A DNA stretch of 64,000 nt from an uncultured Pseudomonadales bacterium (GCA_964637295.1 CAZWWE010000001.1:252312-316311), one strand, 5' to 3'. Counted from the stretch's first letter, positions 54,084-64,000 are shown. Notes: generated from the letters alone by a model not told the origin. Numbers and translations: made by a program.

Positions 54084-55406
54084 ATGCCAGTTGTCAAAAC
54101 TAGCGATCCTAAAGTATTGCCTAGCACTGCGGCAAGTACAAATTCTGAGTCACCAGTTGACTCATCAAGCGAGTCGCCAGCTGAGTCGTCAGTTGATTCT
54201 CGCTCTGCCAATCGTAGTCCACGCATCACCCGTCACAGAGTTAATGGTGTTGCTGGCAATAATTTTGCGGACAACAATGAATCTGCCGAGGTGATCGAGG
54301 GGATCTTAGACATGTCCAGAGATGGACATGGGATTTTGCGCGTAGGTTTTGCAGAATCAGAGCGTGATGCTTATATTTCTACTTCGCAAATTCGTCGTTT
54401 GCAATTACGTCCAGGCGATGTTGTCGCTGGTCCAGCTCGTCGTCCCAAAGACAATGAGCGTTTTTGGGGTTTATTGAAAATTGATCGAGTCAATGGTTTA
54501 GCGATTGAAGATTTTTTGCAAAAAGATCGGGTCAAATTTCAAACTTTGACTCCAGTTTATCCAGATAGTCAAATTAAATTAGAAACGGGCAAGGAACCTT
54601 TATCTCTGCGCATTATCGATATGATCGCTCCTATCGGCAAAGGACAAAGAAGTTTAATCGTTTCTCCGCCCAAAGCTGGTAAAACCACCTTGCTCAAAGA
54701 CATTGCGACTGGGGTGGCCGCCAATAATCCAGACATTCACCTAATGGCAGTTCTGGTGGGTGAGCGACCAGAAGAAGTCACCGATATTTGTCGTCACATC
54801 GAAGCTTTAACTAAAGGCAAGGGCGAAGTGGCAGCAAGTAATTTTGATGAAGCGGCCACCGATCAATGTCGAGTAGCCGAATTAGCTTTGGAAAGAGCTA
54901 AGAGATTAGTAGAAACTGGCAAAGATGTGGTAATTTTACTTGATTCGATTACGCGTTTAGCCAGAGCCTACAATTTAGCCATGCCAACTTCTGGACGTAC
55001 TTTGTCTGGAGGTTTTGATCCAGCAGCACTTTTTCCACCAAAAAAGTTTTTTGGTGCGGCGCGAAATTTTGAAGTGCAAGGTTCATTGACGATTGTTGGT
55101 ACGGCCTTGGTGGATACTGGTTCCAGAATGGACGATTTGGTTTATGAAGAATTCAAAGGAACGGGTAATCAAGAAATTCATTTAGATCGTGGCTTAGCTG
55201 AACGTCGTATTCACCCTGCGATTGATGTGCAAAAATCTGGCACTCGTCGTGATGATTTACTCATTGATCCGGTAACTTACCAATCAATTATTACTCTGCA
55301 CCGTATGCTTGACATGCTGGGCAAAGATGAACGCACTGTGACCATGATTGAAAAACTGAAGAGAAGTAATAGTAATAAAGAATTTTTAGCTTCACTCAAA
55401 GGTTAA
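54084..55406 (+). CDS. rho: Transcription termination factor Rho
   Basis: GILD....GHGILR, DAYISTSQIRR, PIGKGQR.LIVSPPKAGKT, GERPEEVTD, LLDSITRLARAYN, EEFKGTGN. Confidence 0.96.
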   Translation: MPVVKTSDPKVLPSTAASTNSESPVDSSSESPAESSVDSRSANRSPRITRHRVNGVAGNNFADNNESAEVIEGILDMSRDGHGILRVGFAESERDAYISTSQIRRLQLRPGDVVAGPARRPKDNERFWGLLKIDRVNGLAIEDFLQKDRVKFQTLTPVYPDSQIKLETGKEPLSLRIIDMIAPIGKGQRSLIVSPPKAGKTTLLKDIATGVAANNPDIHLMAVLVGERPEEVTDICRHIEALTKGKGEVAASNFDEAATDQCRVAELALERAKRLVETGKDVVILLDSITRLARAYNLAMPTSGRTLSGGFDPAALFPPKKFFGAARNFEVQGSLTIVGTALVDTGSRMDDLVYEEFKGTGNQEIHLDRGLAERRIHPAIDVQKSGTRRDDLLIDPVTYQSIITLHRMLDMLGKDERTVTMIEKLKRSNSNKEFLASLKG

Positions 55407-55427
55407 AAACCTAGTCAAAGGAGTCTT

Positions 55428-56591
55428 TTGTTTGGGAAAAAAAACTACTATCTCAAAAAAGAACATGGCTTTTTCAGTCAGCTCATTTTGTGGTTCGTAG
55501 AACTGCGAGCTTTTGGTACTTTTGTCAGAGCTTATCTTAAATATCGCATTTACAAAGTTTTTGCTTGGTTTGAAAATTTCAAAGATAAATTAGTTGATAT
55601 GCTTTACATGCAAAGAGGGAAATACACCAAGCCTTTTTTGCATTTTGGTACCATTGGCTTGAGTTTTTTGATGGTGACTTTGGGGCCAAATTTACTTAAT
55701 AAAACTGATCGCGCCGATCAGCAGCGAGTGCTGGCTAGTCCAGTGCTTTCCACTGCTACTGCGGCTGCCCCAGATTTTTATACTTCCCAGGCAGAAGAAG
55801 TCCGTCAATATCGTGGTGGAGAAATCATTACTCACGTTGTTACTGAAGGTGAAACCATTTCTAGCATTGCAGAACGCTATGGACTTAAGCCTAGCACAAT
55901 TTTTTGGGAAAATAATCTTACTGAACAGTCAAAAATTAAGCCTGGTCAAGAATTGAGCATTTTGCCCGTAGATGGAGTGCGTCACAAAGTGACGCGTGGC
56001 GAAACAATTTATTCAATTGGTAAAAAATATGGTTTGGATGGTTCTCAAGTGCAGATGATTGTTGACTATCCTTTTAATGAATTTCTAAATGACGAAACTT
56101 TTGAATTAGTGGTGGGTCAATATTTAATGGTTCCAGAAGGTGTTAAGGTAGAAGTGAAGTTGCCTAGCCGTTCACCAGGAGTGACCAAATTTGGTGTTAT
56201 TACTCCTGACGCCGGCACGGTTTCAGCTTTGGGCTCTTTCATTTGGCCAGCATCTGGTGGAATTACTCAGAGCTATAGTTTCTTTCACAAGGCTATTGAC
56301 ATCGCCAATCGAGCTGCTGGTCCTATTTTGGCAGCTGATGCCGGCGTAGTGACCACGGCCGGCTGGATTGATAGTTCTGGTTATGGCAATCGTGTGGTGA
56401 TTGATCATGGCAATGGTTACGTTACTCTTTATGCACACTTATCTGTCGTACAAGTAGTGACTGGCCAAAGAGTGAAGCGCGGAGATGTTTTGGGACAAAT
56501 GGGTAGTACCGGTCGCAGTACTGGCACACATTTGCATTTTGAAATTCGTCAGGGTGGAGCTTTATTAAATCCACTTAGCTTTTTGAAATAA
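55428..56591 (+). CDS. LysM-domain M23 peptidase
   Basis: Two LysM (HVVTEGETISSIAERYG; HKVTRGETIYSIGKKYG), HKAIDIA, YAHL, GSTGRSTGTHLHFE. Confidence 0.9.
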   Translation: MFGKKNYYLKKEHGFFSQLILWFVELRAFGTFVRAYLKYRIYKVFAWFENFKDKLVDMLYMQRGKYTKPFLHFGTIGLSFLMVTLGPNLLNKTDRADQQRVLASPVLSTATAAAPDFYTSQAEEVRQYRGGEIITHVVTEGETISSIAERYGLKPSTIFWENNLTEQSKIKPGQELSILPVDGVRHKVTRGETIYSIGKKYGLDGSQVQMIVDYPFNEFLNDETFELVVGQYLMVPEGVKVEVKLPSRSPGVTKFGVITPDAGTVSALGSFIWPASGGITQSYSFFHKAIDIANRAAGPILAADAGVVTTAGWIDSSGYGNRVVIDHGNGYVTLYAHLSVVQVVTGQRVKRGDVLGQMGSTGRSTGTHLHFEIRQGGALLNPLSFLK

Positions 56592-56604
56592 ATCAAAGAA
56601 ATAT

Positions 56605-57768
56605 ATGATTGACTTAGTTAAATTAACTTTAGTAGCGGGGAATGGGGGTAACGGCAAGGTTTCTTTTCGCCGCGAGAAATTTGTCACCAAAGGTGGTCCA
56701 GACGGTGGCGATGGCGGCGATGGCGGCAGTATCATTATCAAAAGCGTGGCTGGTATGACCACACTCAGAGATTACGCGGGAGTCAAATTATATCAGGCAC
56801 AAAATGGTGGTCACGGTGGTCGTCGTAAAAAATTTGGTCAAAAAGGTGCAGATAAAATTATGGAAGTGCCAGTAGGCACAGTACTGTATTTGTTAGCCGA
56901 AAACCAAGCGGCCAAAAAAAGACGTCACAATTCTTTAATCGGCCAAGATTTATTGGGGGGAGGCAAATATTATTTAGAAGATGAAAACCAAGCGATTCCC
57001 ATGCGCGATCCTGATGATCAACTTGAATCGCTCACGGAAAAACTCCAATTATTTGTTTTTGATCGTCCCGATCAAGAATTTTTAGTCTGTCACGGCGGCA
57101 AGGGTGGACGAGGCAGCGTGCACTTCAAGTCTTCGGTAAAAACTACGCCTTTGGAGGCAGAGTACGGTGGCTTTGGTGAGCAGAAATTATTGCAATTCGA
57201 ACTCAAGTTGTTGGCAGACTTGGGTTTAGTGGGCTTACCTAATGCTGGTAAAAGTACTTTTTTAGCCAAAATGACCAAGGCCAATCCTAAAATTGCCAAT
57301 TATCCTTTTACTACCATTGAACCAAATCTGGGTATTATGCATCTAGGTGCCAATCAAAGCAAAGAAGAACTAGTGATCGCTGATATTCCTGGCCTGATTG
57401 AAGGAGCCAGCCAAGGCAAGGGTTTGGGCTTAGATTTTTTGCGTCACATTGAAAACTGCCAAGTTTTAATGTTTGTTTTGTACTTAGAAGAAAGCATCAT
57501 TTTTGACGAGCAACTTAGTGATTTAGACAGAGCTGTTCTGTTATGGCAACAATATCAGCAGCTAAAAAAAGAATTGGGTAATTACAGTTCTCAACTTTTG
57601 GCCAAACCCAGTCTTTTGACTATTAACAAGATAGATTTATACACTTCTAAACAGATAGATACTTTTAGATCATATTTTATAGACAAAGATATGAATGTGA
57701 TGCTTTTTAGCACAGTGACCAATGAAGGTTTAGACGAAATCAAACGAGCAATTGCAAAATTGTTTTAG
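56605..57768 (+). CDS. obg: GTPase Obg/CgtA
   Basis: AGNGGNG.VSFRREK...GGPDGGDGG, GLVGLPNAGKST, YPFTT, DIPGLIEGA, NKID. Confidence 0.96.
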   Translation: MIDLVKLTLVAGNGGNGKVSFRREKFVTKGGPDGGDGGDGGSIIIKSVAGMTTLRDYAGVKLYQAQNGGHGGRRKKFGQKGADKIMEVPVGTVLYLLAENQAAKKRRHNSLIGQDLLGGGKYYLEDENQAIPMRDPDDQLESLTEKLQLFVFDRPDQEFLVCHGGKGGRGSVHFKSSVKTTPLEAEYGGFGEQKLLQFELKLLADLGLVGLPNAGKSTFLAKMTKANPKIANYPFTTIEPNLGIMHLGANQSKEELVIADIPGLIEGASQGKGLGLDFLRHIENCQVLMFVLYLEESIIFDEQLSDLDRAVLLWQQYQQLKKELGNYSSQLLAKPSLLTINKIDLYTSKQIDTFRSYFIDKDMNVMLFSTVTNEGLDEIKRAIAKLF

Positions 57769-57792
57769 CAAGCAAATTGTTTCAACAGGCTT

Positions 57793-59886
57793 TTAATTTG
57801 CCACAATGTTTTGATCAGGAGTGAGAGCGCCGTCTTGAATGACTGCTTCAGTAGTCTCTTGATCTAAGAGTTGAGACAGTCCAGAGTTATTAGCTTGATT
57901 GAGATTGTTCAAGGTCGTTGATTCGCTAGCCGCATTGTTTGTAGTGCCACCAGCAGGAGCACTATTGGCAGCAGCCCCTTTTTGCTCCTCTTCCGCTTTC
58001 TTAGCAGCACTTTCTAGCTGCGCGTTAAGCTCATTCACTTCTTTTTCGACCAGTGTATATTCCTGACTATCTTTGGCTAATAAACTCATTCCACTGACTA
58101 AGGCATTTCTAGCTTCCAAAAGCTGATTATTGGCTTTATATGCCTGTGCCAGATAGTAGTAAGCCACAAAGAGGTCTGGTTTTCTTTCAATTGCCTGACT
58201 GAAGAAGTTAGCGGCTTCAGTGGCTTGTTTGGCATTTAAAAATAATTGGCCCAAAATCAATCTAATTTCTGGATTGTTGGGATTGTTGGCTGCTGCTTTG
58301 GCAAGGGCATTGAAAGCTTCTTGCATGGCTTGATCAGTTGAGCCCAATAGTTGCATATAAATTTGTGCCAATACTAACCAGTTCTGATAATTGTAAGGAT
58401 CAAGAATAGTGGCAGCCTTCGCTTCACGAATGGCTTCGTTGACCAATTGCAATACCTGTTCTTGTTCGGCAGCCGTCAAGTCGGTTTTATTAGAAAGGGC
58501 AATAGCGATTTCTAAATTCATCAAAGCATAGCTTTGTCTAATCGAATCAATTTCAAAAGCCATTTCTTTGGCACGGCGATGATAGTCGTAAGCTTTGACG
58601 ACATCATTTTTCATGACATAAGCATTGCTTTGATAGAGTAGGTGATAAGCAACAAAAGTTTTGCCCACAAAATAGCTGGCAAAGCCAAGTAAACTTAAGA
58701 AAACAACGTTACTGATTAAGAATAAATAATAACGAAACTTATCAGCCTTGCGTTGGGTCAAAGAGCCAAGCAGAGACTGACTCTTAAAAATCATTTTTGC
58801 GTAAGCATCTTGGTTACTACTCAAGAACAAAGCTAAACTCACTGCCAAAAGGGCTAACATCACCAAGTTGATTGGCGCAAATAACTGCCAAATGAAACTT
58901 GCCAGTATTAAGGTTTTTAACCAAGTATCATGATGTTCTTTTTCTAAGACGAGAATGCTTTTCCAGATGAAAAACAAATAGGCGAGAAAAGCTAATACGC
59001 CTGCGCTGACAATAAGGCTTAAGGGCACGTTAAAGGCTGAATCAAAGGTGAAATTCCAGTATTTTAAGCCATTGATCCACACGGGCTTAAGAGTATTGTA
59101 AGCATTGCCGTAAGCATCTGGGCCATAGCCGAACATGGCATTTTTCGTAAAAGCTAGACCGTCTCTAGCCACACTCGCACTAGCGCTAAGAGATAAACTT
59201 TGAAAAGCAGCTTCTTCTCCAGGCAAAATGGCCCAAATGTTGATGCCTAAGCCGATGGCAATAATAAAAGTACTAATTTTGATAAACCAAGAACTTTGCC
59301 ACTTTTTTTGATCAAAAACATTACTAAGGAGAACGGTTGAAAGAAATTGAATGGTGATAAATGTCGCTCCAGTTAAGGCAAAAATCAAACTATTGGGCAA
59401 TTCCAAAATACTGAAACGATTGATTAAAGATGCCAAGCCAAAGCCAAATAATTGTAAAACACTCAATAAACTCAAGATAATCGCCGCGGCGTTCATAGTT
59501 AAAACAAACCAGTGCTTGTATTTTTTCTTGAGCAAAGAAGGGGCTAATAAGATGATGCTAGTAAAACTTAAAAAAACTCCGCCCATGCCCAAAAATTGCT
59601 TAGTCGGATATTGATGACTGACTAAGCCAGAAATAGTGATTAGGCCAGCAAAAATTACTAGCGGCCAAGTCAATGGAGTTCTGAGAATGGTCCAGCTTTT
59701 TCTGCGCCAGCTAGAAATGATGAAGCCAAAAATTGTCAAAAAAGCCAAGGAAAAAAATAGGATCAGCTTACTGTTAAAAAGAGGATTGGTGATATACGGA
59801 ATAAAAAATACCGGTAACAAAGTTGCTAGTCCCACAAATAACCAATTGTAAACAGCACTTAGTTTGTTTTCTTTCATATCTGACAT
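57793..59886 (-). CDS. Polytopic membrane protein (O-antigen ligase/oligosaccharyltransferase-like) with C-terminal TPRs
   Basis: About 12 TMs, FGYGPDAY...Y loop typical of Wzy_C-like proteins, several TPRs. Confidence 0.6.
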   Translation of the reverse strand: MSDMKENKLSAVYNWLFVGLATLLPVFFIPYITNPLFNSKLILFFSLAFLTIFGFIISSWRRKSWTILRTPLTWPLVIFAGLITISGLVSHQYPTKQFLGMGGVFLSFTSIILLAPSLLKKKYKHWFVLTMNAAAIILSLLSVLQLFGFGLASLINRFSILELPNSLIFALTGATFITIQFLSTVLLSNVFDQKKWQSSWFIKISTFIIAIGLGINIWAILPGEEAAFQSLSLSASASVARDGLAFTKNAMFGYGPDAYGNAYNTLKPVWINGLKYWNFTFDSAFNVPLSLIVSAGVLAFLAYLFFIWKSILVLEKEHHDTWLKTLILASFIWQLFAPINLVMLALLAVSLALFLSSNQDAYAKMIFKSQSLLGSLTQRKADKFRYYLFLISNVVFLSLLGFASYFVGKTFVAYHLLYQSNAYVMKNDVVKAYDYHRRAKEMAFEIDSIRQSYALMNLEIAIALSNKTDLTAAEQEQVLQLVNEAIREAKAATILDPYNYQNWLVLAQIYMQLLGSTDQAMQEAFNALAKAAANNPNNPEIRLILGQLFLNAKQATEAANFFSQAIERKPDLFVAYYYLAQAYKANNQLLEARNALVSGMSLLAKDSQEYTLVEKEVNELNAQLESAAKKAEEEQKGAAANSAPAGGTTNNAASESTTLNNLNQANNSGLSQLLDQETTEAVIQDGALTPDQNIVAN

Positions 59887-59916
59887 ATGTTAAGATTAAA
59901 GGAAATTGAAATAAAA

Positions 59917-60660
59917 ATGAAGAAGCAAAACGGCTTGACTCTTATCGAAATTCTGGTTGTAGTAGCAGTCTTGGCTTTGCTTTTACTAGCCTTGTTTAAG
60001 GTTTTTAAAGTAGATGTTAATCGCAGCAAAGATGCAGAGCGCAAGGCTGATCTGCAAGAAATTAAATTGGCTTTTGAAAATTATTACAATGATCATCAAA
60101 CTTATCCACCAGAAGAAGTCTTGGCTGATTGCCAAAGTGAAGCTTTGCGTCCTTACTTAAAAAATGTTCCTTGTGACCCAGAAACTGGCGAGCCCTATCT
60201 TTATTTGCCAGCTCCTGGCGATGGTGATAATAGTGCTGGCTATCGTTTGCTGAGCATTTTGACTGATAAAAGTGATCCAATTATCGAGAAAATTGGTTGC
60301 CAAGATGGCTGCGGCGTGCCAGAAGACCACCCTTTGGTTGGCAATAGTTTTAATTATGTTTATGGAATTGCCGAAGGAGTGCCTTTGGTTTTGACTAAAA
60401 AAGTTTTACCATCTGTGACCAGCACCTTGACACCCTCGCCAACGCCAACAACTGTGCCTACAGTGATTGACAGTTATTGTGACAGTCACTTGTGTTATTG
60501 TTGTTCTAACTCAGCCTATACTTCGACCGAAAGCTGTAACGTTTGGTCACGAGGTAGCAAAACCGGAGAAGTTCAAGAAAAAACTGACAATAATTGTGAC
60601 ATGGGGCCTTATCGCACTGCCGCCGAATGTTATAGTGCTACGCCTTGCGTAAGGCAGTAA
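59917..60660 (+). CDS. Type IV/GspG-like prepilin with Cys-rich C-terminus
   Basis: KKQNG|LTLIEILVV, SKDAERKADL, YYNDHQTYP, PCDP; Thr/Pro linker and 6-Cys tail; start moved to ATG 59917. Confidence 0.85.
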   Translation: MKKQNGLTLIEILVVVAVLALLLLALFKVFKVDVNRSKDAERKADLQEIKLAFENYYNDHQTYPPEEVLADCQSEALRPYLKNVPCDPETGEPYLYLPAPGDGDNSAGYRLLSILTDKSDPIIEKIGCQDGCGVPEDHPLVGNSFNYVYGIAEGVPLVLTKKVLPSVTSTLTPSPTPTTVPTVIDSYCDSHLCYCCSNSAYTSTESCNVWSRGSKTGEVQEKTDNNCDMGPYRTAAECYSATPCVRQ

Positions 60661-60665
60661 AAATT

Positions 60666-61262
60666 ATGCTCAAAAATTTAGCTAAACCTGGCTCAATTAA
60701 AGCTGGTTCAATTAAAGCTAGCCAAAAAGCTTTTACCTTACTCGAGCTATTAGTGGTAATTGCCATTTTAGCTTTACTAACTGGTTTAGGTTTGCGCACT
60801 TTTGGCAGTGTCCAAGAAAAATCTCGAGATAGTCGTCGCAAACAAGATTTGCAAAACATTAGTAAAGCTTTAGAAATCTATTTTAACGACTTCAAACGAT
60901 ATCCAGCGGCTGCGGCGGGACAAATTATTGCTTGTGGAGATGACGCTGCCGAAACTTGCCAATGGGGGCAAACTTGGGATAACACCAGTGATAATACTCT
61001 ATACATGAGCGTTTTGCCCAAAGACCCTGGTGGGAGTAGCTATTATTATTGGGCTGATGAACAGGGCCGCAGCTATCGTTTATTTGCTTATTTAGAAAAT
61101 CTAGAAGACGATAGCGTTGTGAAGAATGCTGAAGCAGAAGCCACTTTTTATAGTGACGCAGCATGCCGAATAGTCAACGACTCTCTCGTTGATAACAGCT
61201 GTAATTATGTTTTGACTAGCAGCAACTTGAGTTCAACTCCAATTTTAGTAGATGGCGACTGA
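60666..61262 (+). CDS. Type IV/GspG-like prepilin
   Basis: QKA|FTLLELLVV, SRDSRRKQDL, YFNDFKRYP, LPKDP. Confidence 0.85.
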   Translation: MLKNLAKPGSIKAGSIKASQKAFTLLELLVVIAILALLTGLGLRTFGSVQEKSRDSRRKQDLQNISKALEIYFNDFKRYPAAAAGQIIACGDDAAETCQWGQTWDNTSDNTLYMSVLPKDPGGSSYYYWADEQGRSYRLFAYLENLEDDSVVKNAEAEATFYSDAACRIVNDSLVDNSCNYVLTSSNLSSTPILVDGD

Positions 61263-61282
61263 TTTAGGAACCAAAAATATAT

Positions 61283-61753
61283 ATGAAAAAAAATGCTTTC
61301 ACCCTGATTGAATTGTTAGTAGTAATTGCTGTTTTGGGAGTGCTCATCGCCGTGATTTTACCTAATTTAATTGGAGTGCGTGCTCGGGCAAGAGATAGTG
61401 CTCGTAAAAATGACCTCAGACAATTAAAAATTGCTTTGCGCATGTATTACAACGATCACCAAACTTATCCGGCTGATGATGACAACGGGGGAATTGTTGC
61501 CTGCGGTGAAACTGACGATGAAACTGTGCTTTGTCCCAATCCAGAAGATGGCAGTTTTGCTAAAAGCGAAGTGGTTTACATGAAAAAAATGCCAGAGAGC
61601 GATCAATTTTTTTATGCACAACAAGCCAGTGGCGAAGATTTTCTATTGGCTACCATTTTGGAAAGTCCCTCTGACTCTGACATTGCGGCCAGCGTGGAGC
61701 ATTGTCAGGTTGAAACTCCAGTACCTGCTACATATTATTTATGTGCTGATTAA
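61283..61753 (+). CDS. Type IV/GspG-like prepilin
   Basis: MKKNA|FTLIELLVV, ARDSARKNDL, YYNDHQTYP. Confidence 0.87.
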   Translation: MKKNAFTLIELLVVIAVLGVLIAVILPNLIGVRARARDSARKNDLRQLKIALRMYYNDHQTYPADDDNGGIVACGETDDETVLCPNPEDGSFAKSEVVYMKKMPESDQFFYAQQASGEDFLLATILESPSDSDIAASVEHCQVETPVPATYYLCAD

Positions 61754-61787
61754 TTGACTTTTCTTTTTTAATTGAATTGAATTGAAT

Positions 61788-64000
61788 TTAATTTAATTGA
61801 ATGATCCACCAGTTGAAAATGACGTTGTGATCAAGTGGATAGTCGATGCCCACTGTAAATTGACCCTCGTTTTCTTTGGTAAAGCTACTGTCAGCGATTT
61901 TGTTTTTAACGTAAAGCACCTGGTTATTAGTAGAGTTCATCGGAGTGATATAAATCATGCTATTTTCCTCAACTTTATCACTTTCAATGCTCACTTCTGT
62001 TTGGCCAGCTTGAAGAATGGCTTGGCCAGCACTGCGGCCAGCAGTTGTTTGACCGGGCTGAGTGCCGTCGGTTCCATTTTGTCCGAGTCGCAATGATCCA
62101 GTGAGAGCTAAATCACCTGTGGCTGAAAAACTGGCAACGGGAGTGGCTTGTTCATTGATAAATTCAAAATTATTTTGTCTGACAATGGTTTGATCAGAAT
62201 TTGGATCCTGATCAAGAGAGGCGAGTTGTACCTTAATACTTTCGTCAGGATTTTCGGCACTAATTAAATTGGTCAAAAGAGTGTCTTTGACTTTCAGTTT
62301 GTCTTCAACTTCCAAAACGCCAGCAACTTTGAGATCACCAGTAATACTGACAAAACCCCGCCCATCTAATTGCATGAGGCCTGCCATCAGAGATAATTTG
62401 CCTTGACCAGCTGGCTGAATGGAGAAAGTAAAGTCTGCGTCGTCAGCTAATTGTGGCTGATAACTAATGAAATCCTTGCCGATGATGGTGTCTTCGCCAA
62501 GCATGAGACTTTGACCCAGTTTAAGAGAGTTGCTAATTAGAGCATTGCCATTGACCTCAAAGTATTGATTGATGAAAGCAGTGTCGGCAATTAGATCTAA
62601 GCTTCCATCACTTTGAGCTAGCTCTTCAAGATCAGTGAGTGCAGCGGCGCTGGCCTGGTAATTGGTGTTAAATTCTGCTTGAAGTTGTTGAATGTATTCT
62701 TCAGTTTGTTTGCTGTTTTCACCAAAAAGTGTAGCAATGAGACTAGGTTCTTGCAGTGTTTCGTTGATTTTATCGCTTAGTCTCTCTTCTAAGCCACTAA
62801 TAACATTGGCCTTAATACTTTGTGCCTCAATATTTTCAGCATAAAGCGTGCCACTGACGGTCGCATTTTCTAAATTGGCCAATTTAGACTCGAGATAGTC
62901 CATGCGAGCAGAATTAACTTCTAGATGTTCAGCTATTACATTGTCAGCGGTTAAACTGCCAGCCACAGAAGCATCTTCTGCCATTAATTGACCCAGACGA
63001 CTGGTTCCAGCCACTTCTAATTCTCCGCTGAATGAAGCATTTCCTTCACTATCGAAGCTAATCACTGTTTCTTGATCCTGATTTTGAATCATTAATTTAC
63101 CCAAAGCACTGCTGGCGGAAGAATCTTGATTAGCGCCAAGTTGTAGGGCAATATCTTGTGCCTTGATTTCCAAAGTTTCTTCGTTGGGGGCTTGAATTTC
63201 TGCAACTTCTAATTGACCAACTTGCAATTTGCCGATGATTGCTTGGGCGACTGCTAGGGCAGAATCTAAAGCTTCTCCCGTACTAGTGTTGATCACTTGC
63301 CAGCCAGCTTGAATTTTATAGTTTACTAGCTGAGCTATTTCAGTTAAGCCAGTCAAAGCTTGTTGAGCAAATGATGGAGTAGCCATGACATCGCTCACAA
63401 TAGCTAGTACGCGATCGGTTTCGCCACCTGGACTCCAATTTTCAAAAGAACGACCCAGACTGAGTTCACCGACTTTGGCTTTGCGAGCTAAACCGGGTTG
63501 GGCGGCGGCCGTTAGGTAATCACCTTTTTTAATTGGTTCACTGTCTGGAGAAATTTTCACTGGCACACGTCCGTCTAAGGCTAGAAGACGACGATTGTCG
63601 GCTTTAATACCCAGAGCTGTGCCAGCTTGAGTAGAAATTACCCCCAGCAACATGGGATCATTGTTTTCTCGGCTTTTACGTAAAATTGGTACGCCAAATT
63701 CATCCATTTCGCCAGTAATTGCCACCACGTCTCCTGGTCCAATTTCAGCGTCATTGACAGTGTACCATTCAGCCAAGTCAGCTCCGAAAACAATGGCTTC
63801 AAGACGCAATTCTTGTTCTTCGCCAGTGTAATTGTAAACGCGTACCTTATTGGTATCGGTTTGTTCAATTTTATAGCCATTTTGATAAGTGAAGCTAATA
63901 TTGTCGATGGCCGGCTGATAAGCAGGATTAGTGGTGCTAAAAATTACTCGATATTGGAAATAGTTGTTTGGTGTCGAGGTAATTTTTGTACCCGAAGTCG
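61788..64000 (-). CDS. C-terminal part of a large surface protein with a peptidase G2-like intramolecular-chaperone/autoprocessing domain (5' end outside window)
   Basis: Frame stays open from 63809 to the window edge (TSGTKITSTPNNYFQYRVIF...EEQEL); GADLAEWY...GDVV...LGVIST...LALDGRVPVK...IKKGDYLT...PG.A.KA motif. Confidence 0.65.
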   Translation of the reverse strand, partial: TSGTKITSTPNNYFQYRVIFSTTNPAYQPAIDNISFTYQNGYKIEQTDTNKVRVYNYTGEEQELRLEAIVFGADLAEWYTVNDAEIGPGDVVAITGEMDEFGVPILRKSRENNDPMLLGVISTQAGTALGIKADNRRLLALDGRVPVKISPDSEPIKKGDYLTAAAQPGLARKAKVGELSLGRSFENWSPGGETDRVLAIVSDVMATPSFAQQALTGLTEIAQLVNYKIQAGWQVINTSTGEALDSALAVAQAIIGKLQVGQLEVAEIQAPNEETLEIKAQDIALQLGANQDSSASSALGKLMIQNQDQETVISFDSEGNASFSGELEVAGTSRLGQLMAEDASVAGSLTADNVIAEHLEVNSARMDYLESKLANLENATVSGTLYAENIEAQSIKANVISGLEERLSDKINETLQEPSLIATLFGENSKQTEEYIQQLQAEFNTNYQASAAALTDLEELAQSDGSLDLIADTAFINQYFEVNGNALISNSLKLGQSLMLGEDTIIGKDFISYQPQLADDADFTFSIQPAGQGKLSLMAGLMQLDGRGFVSITGDLKVAGVLEVEDKLKVKDTLLTNLISAENPDESIKVQLASLDQDPNSDQTIVRQNNFEFINEQATPVASFSATGDLALTGSLRLGQNGTDGTQPGQTTAGRSAGQAILQAGQTEVSIESDKVEENSMIYITPMNSTNNQVLYVKNKIADSSFTKENEGQFTVGIDYPLDHNVIFNWWIIQLN

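Noticed and set aside
61769-61802. AATTG/AATTT pentamer microrepeat between convergent genes
   Set aside because: Short low-complexity AT-rich run with no supporting structure
995-63880. Numerous short 60-160 aa ORFs in the track overlapping long genes (e.g. 41481-41972, 22549-22914, 33221-33556)
   Set aside because: Antisense or out-of-frame shadows of well-supported genes, with no motifs
1-64000. CRISPR array, rRNA, tRNA or IS element
   Set aside because: No regularly spaced repeats, rRNA/tRNA signatures or transposase ORFs noticed by eye

Overview
AT-rich bacterial chromosomal window containing the replication origin, very probably from a Patescibacteria/CPR genome of the Microgenomates type. 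This is inferred from gene content: archaeal-type ATP-dependent ligase, VirB2-like pilin arrays, PrgI/VirB4/VirD4-like genes with no relaxase in the window, DUF4012, and a giant surface protein. The genetic code is 11 (dnaA and dnaN end in TGA). Core block: dnaA-oriC-dnaN-rpmH-rnpA-yidD-yidC-jag-rnhA, all co-directional, with a clear DnaA-box/DnaA-trio unwinding element. A chromosomal, conjugation-like type IV secretion system is spread around the origin: nine VirB2/TrbC-like pilins (three with extra extracellular domains, two of them Cys-repeat modules), PrgI, a VirB4-like ATPase ending 95 bp upstream of dnaA, VirB6-like and VirD4-like genes, and several cell-wall hydrolases. The strongest unexplained signal is a ~390-nt, promoter-led, terminator-ended, extensively base-paired non-coding element (52672-53066) transcribed divergently from the VirD4-like gene. 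Also seen: widespread leaderless-type promoters, a toxin-antitoxin pair with a nonsense-mutated toxin, three type IV/GspG-like pilins, and a giant protein with a phage-tailspike-like autoprocessing domain cut by the window edge. All calls come from reading the sequence and motifs; no database searches were run.
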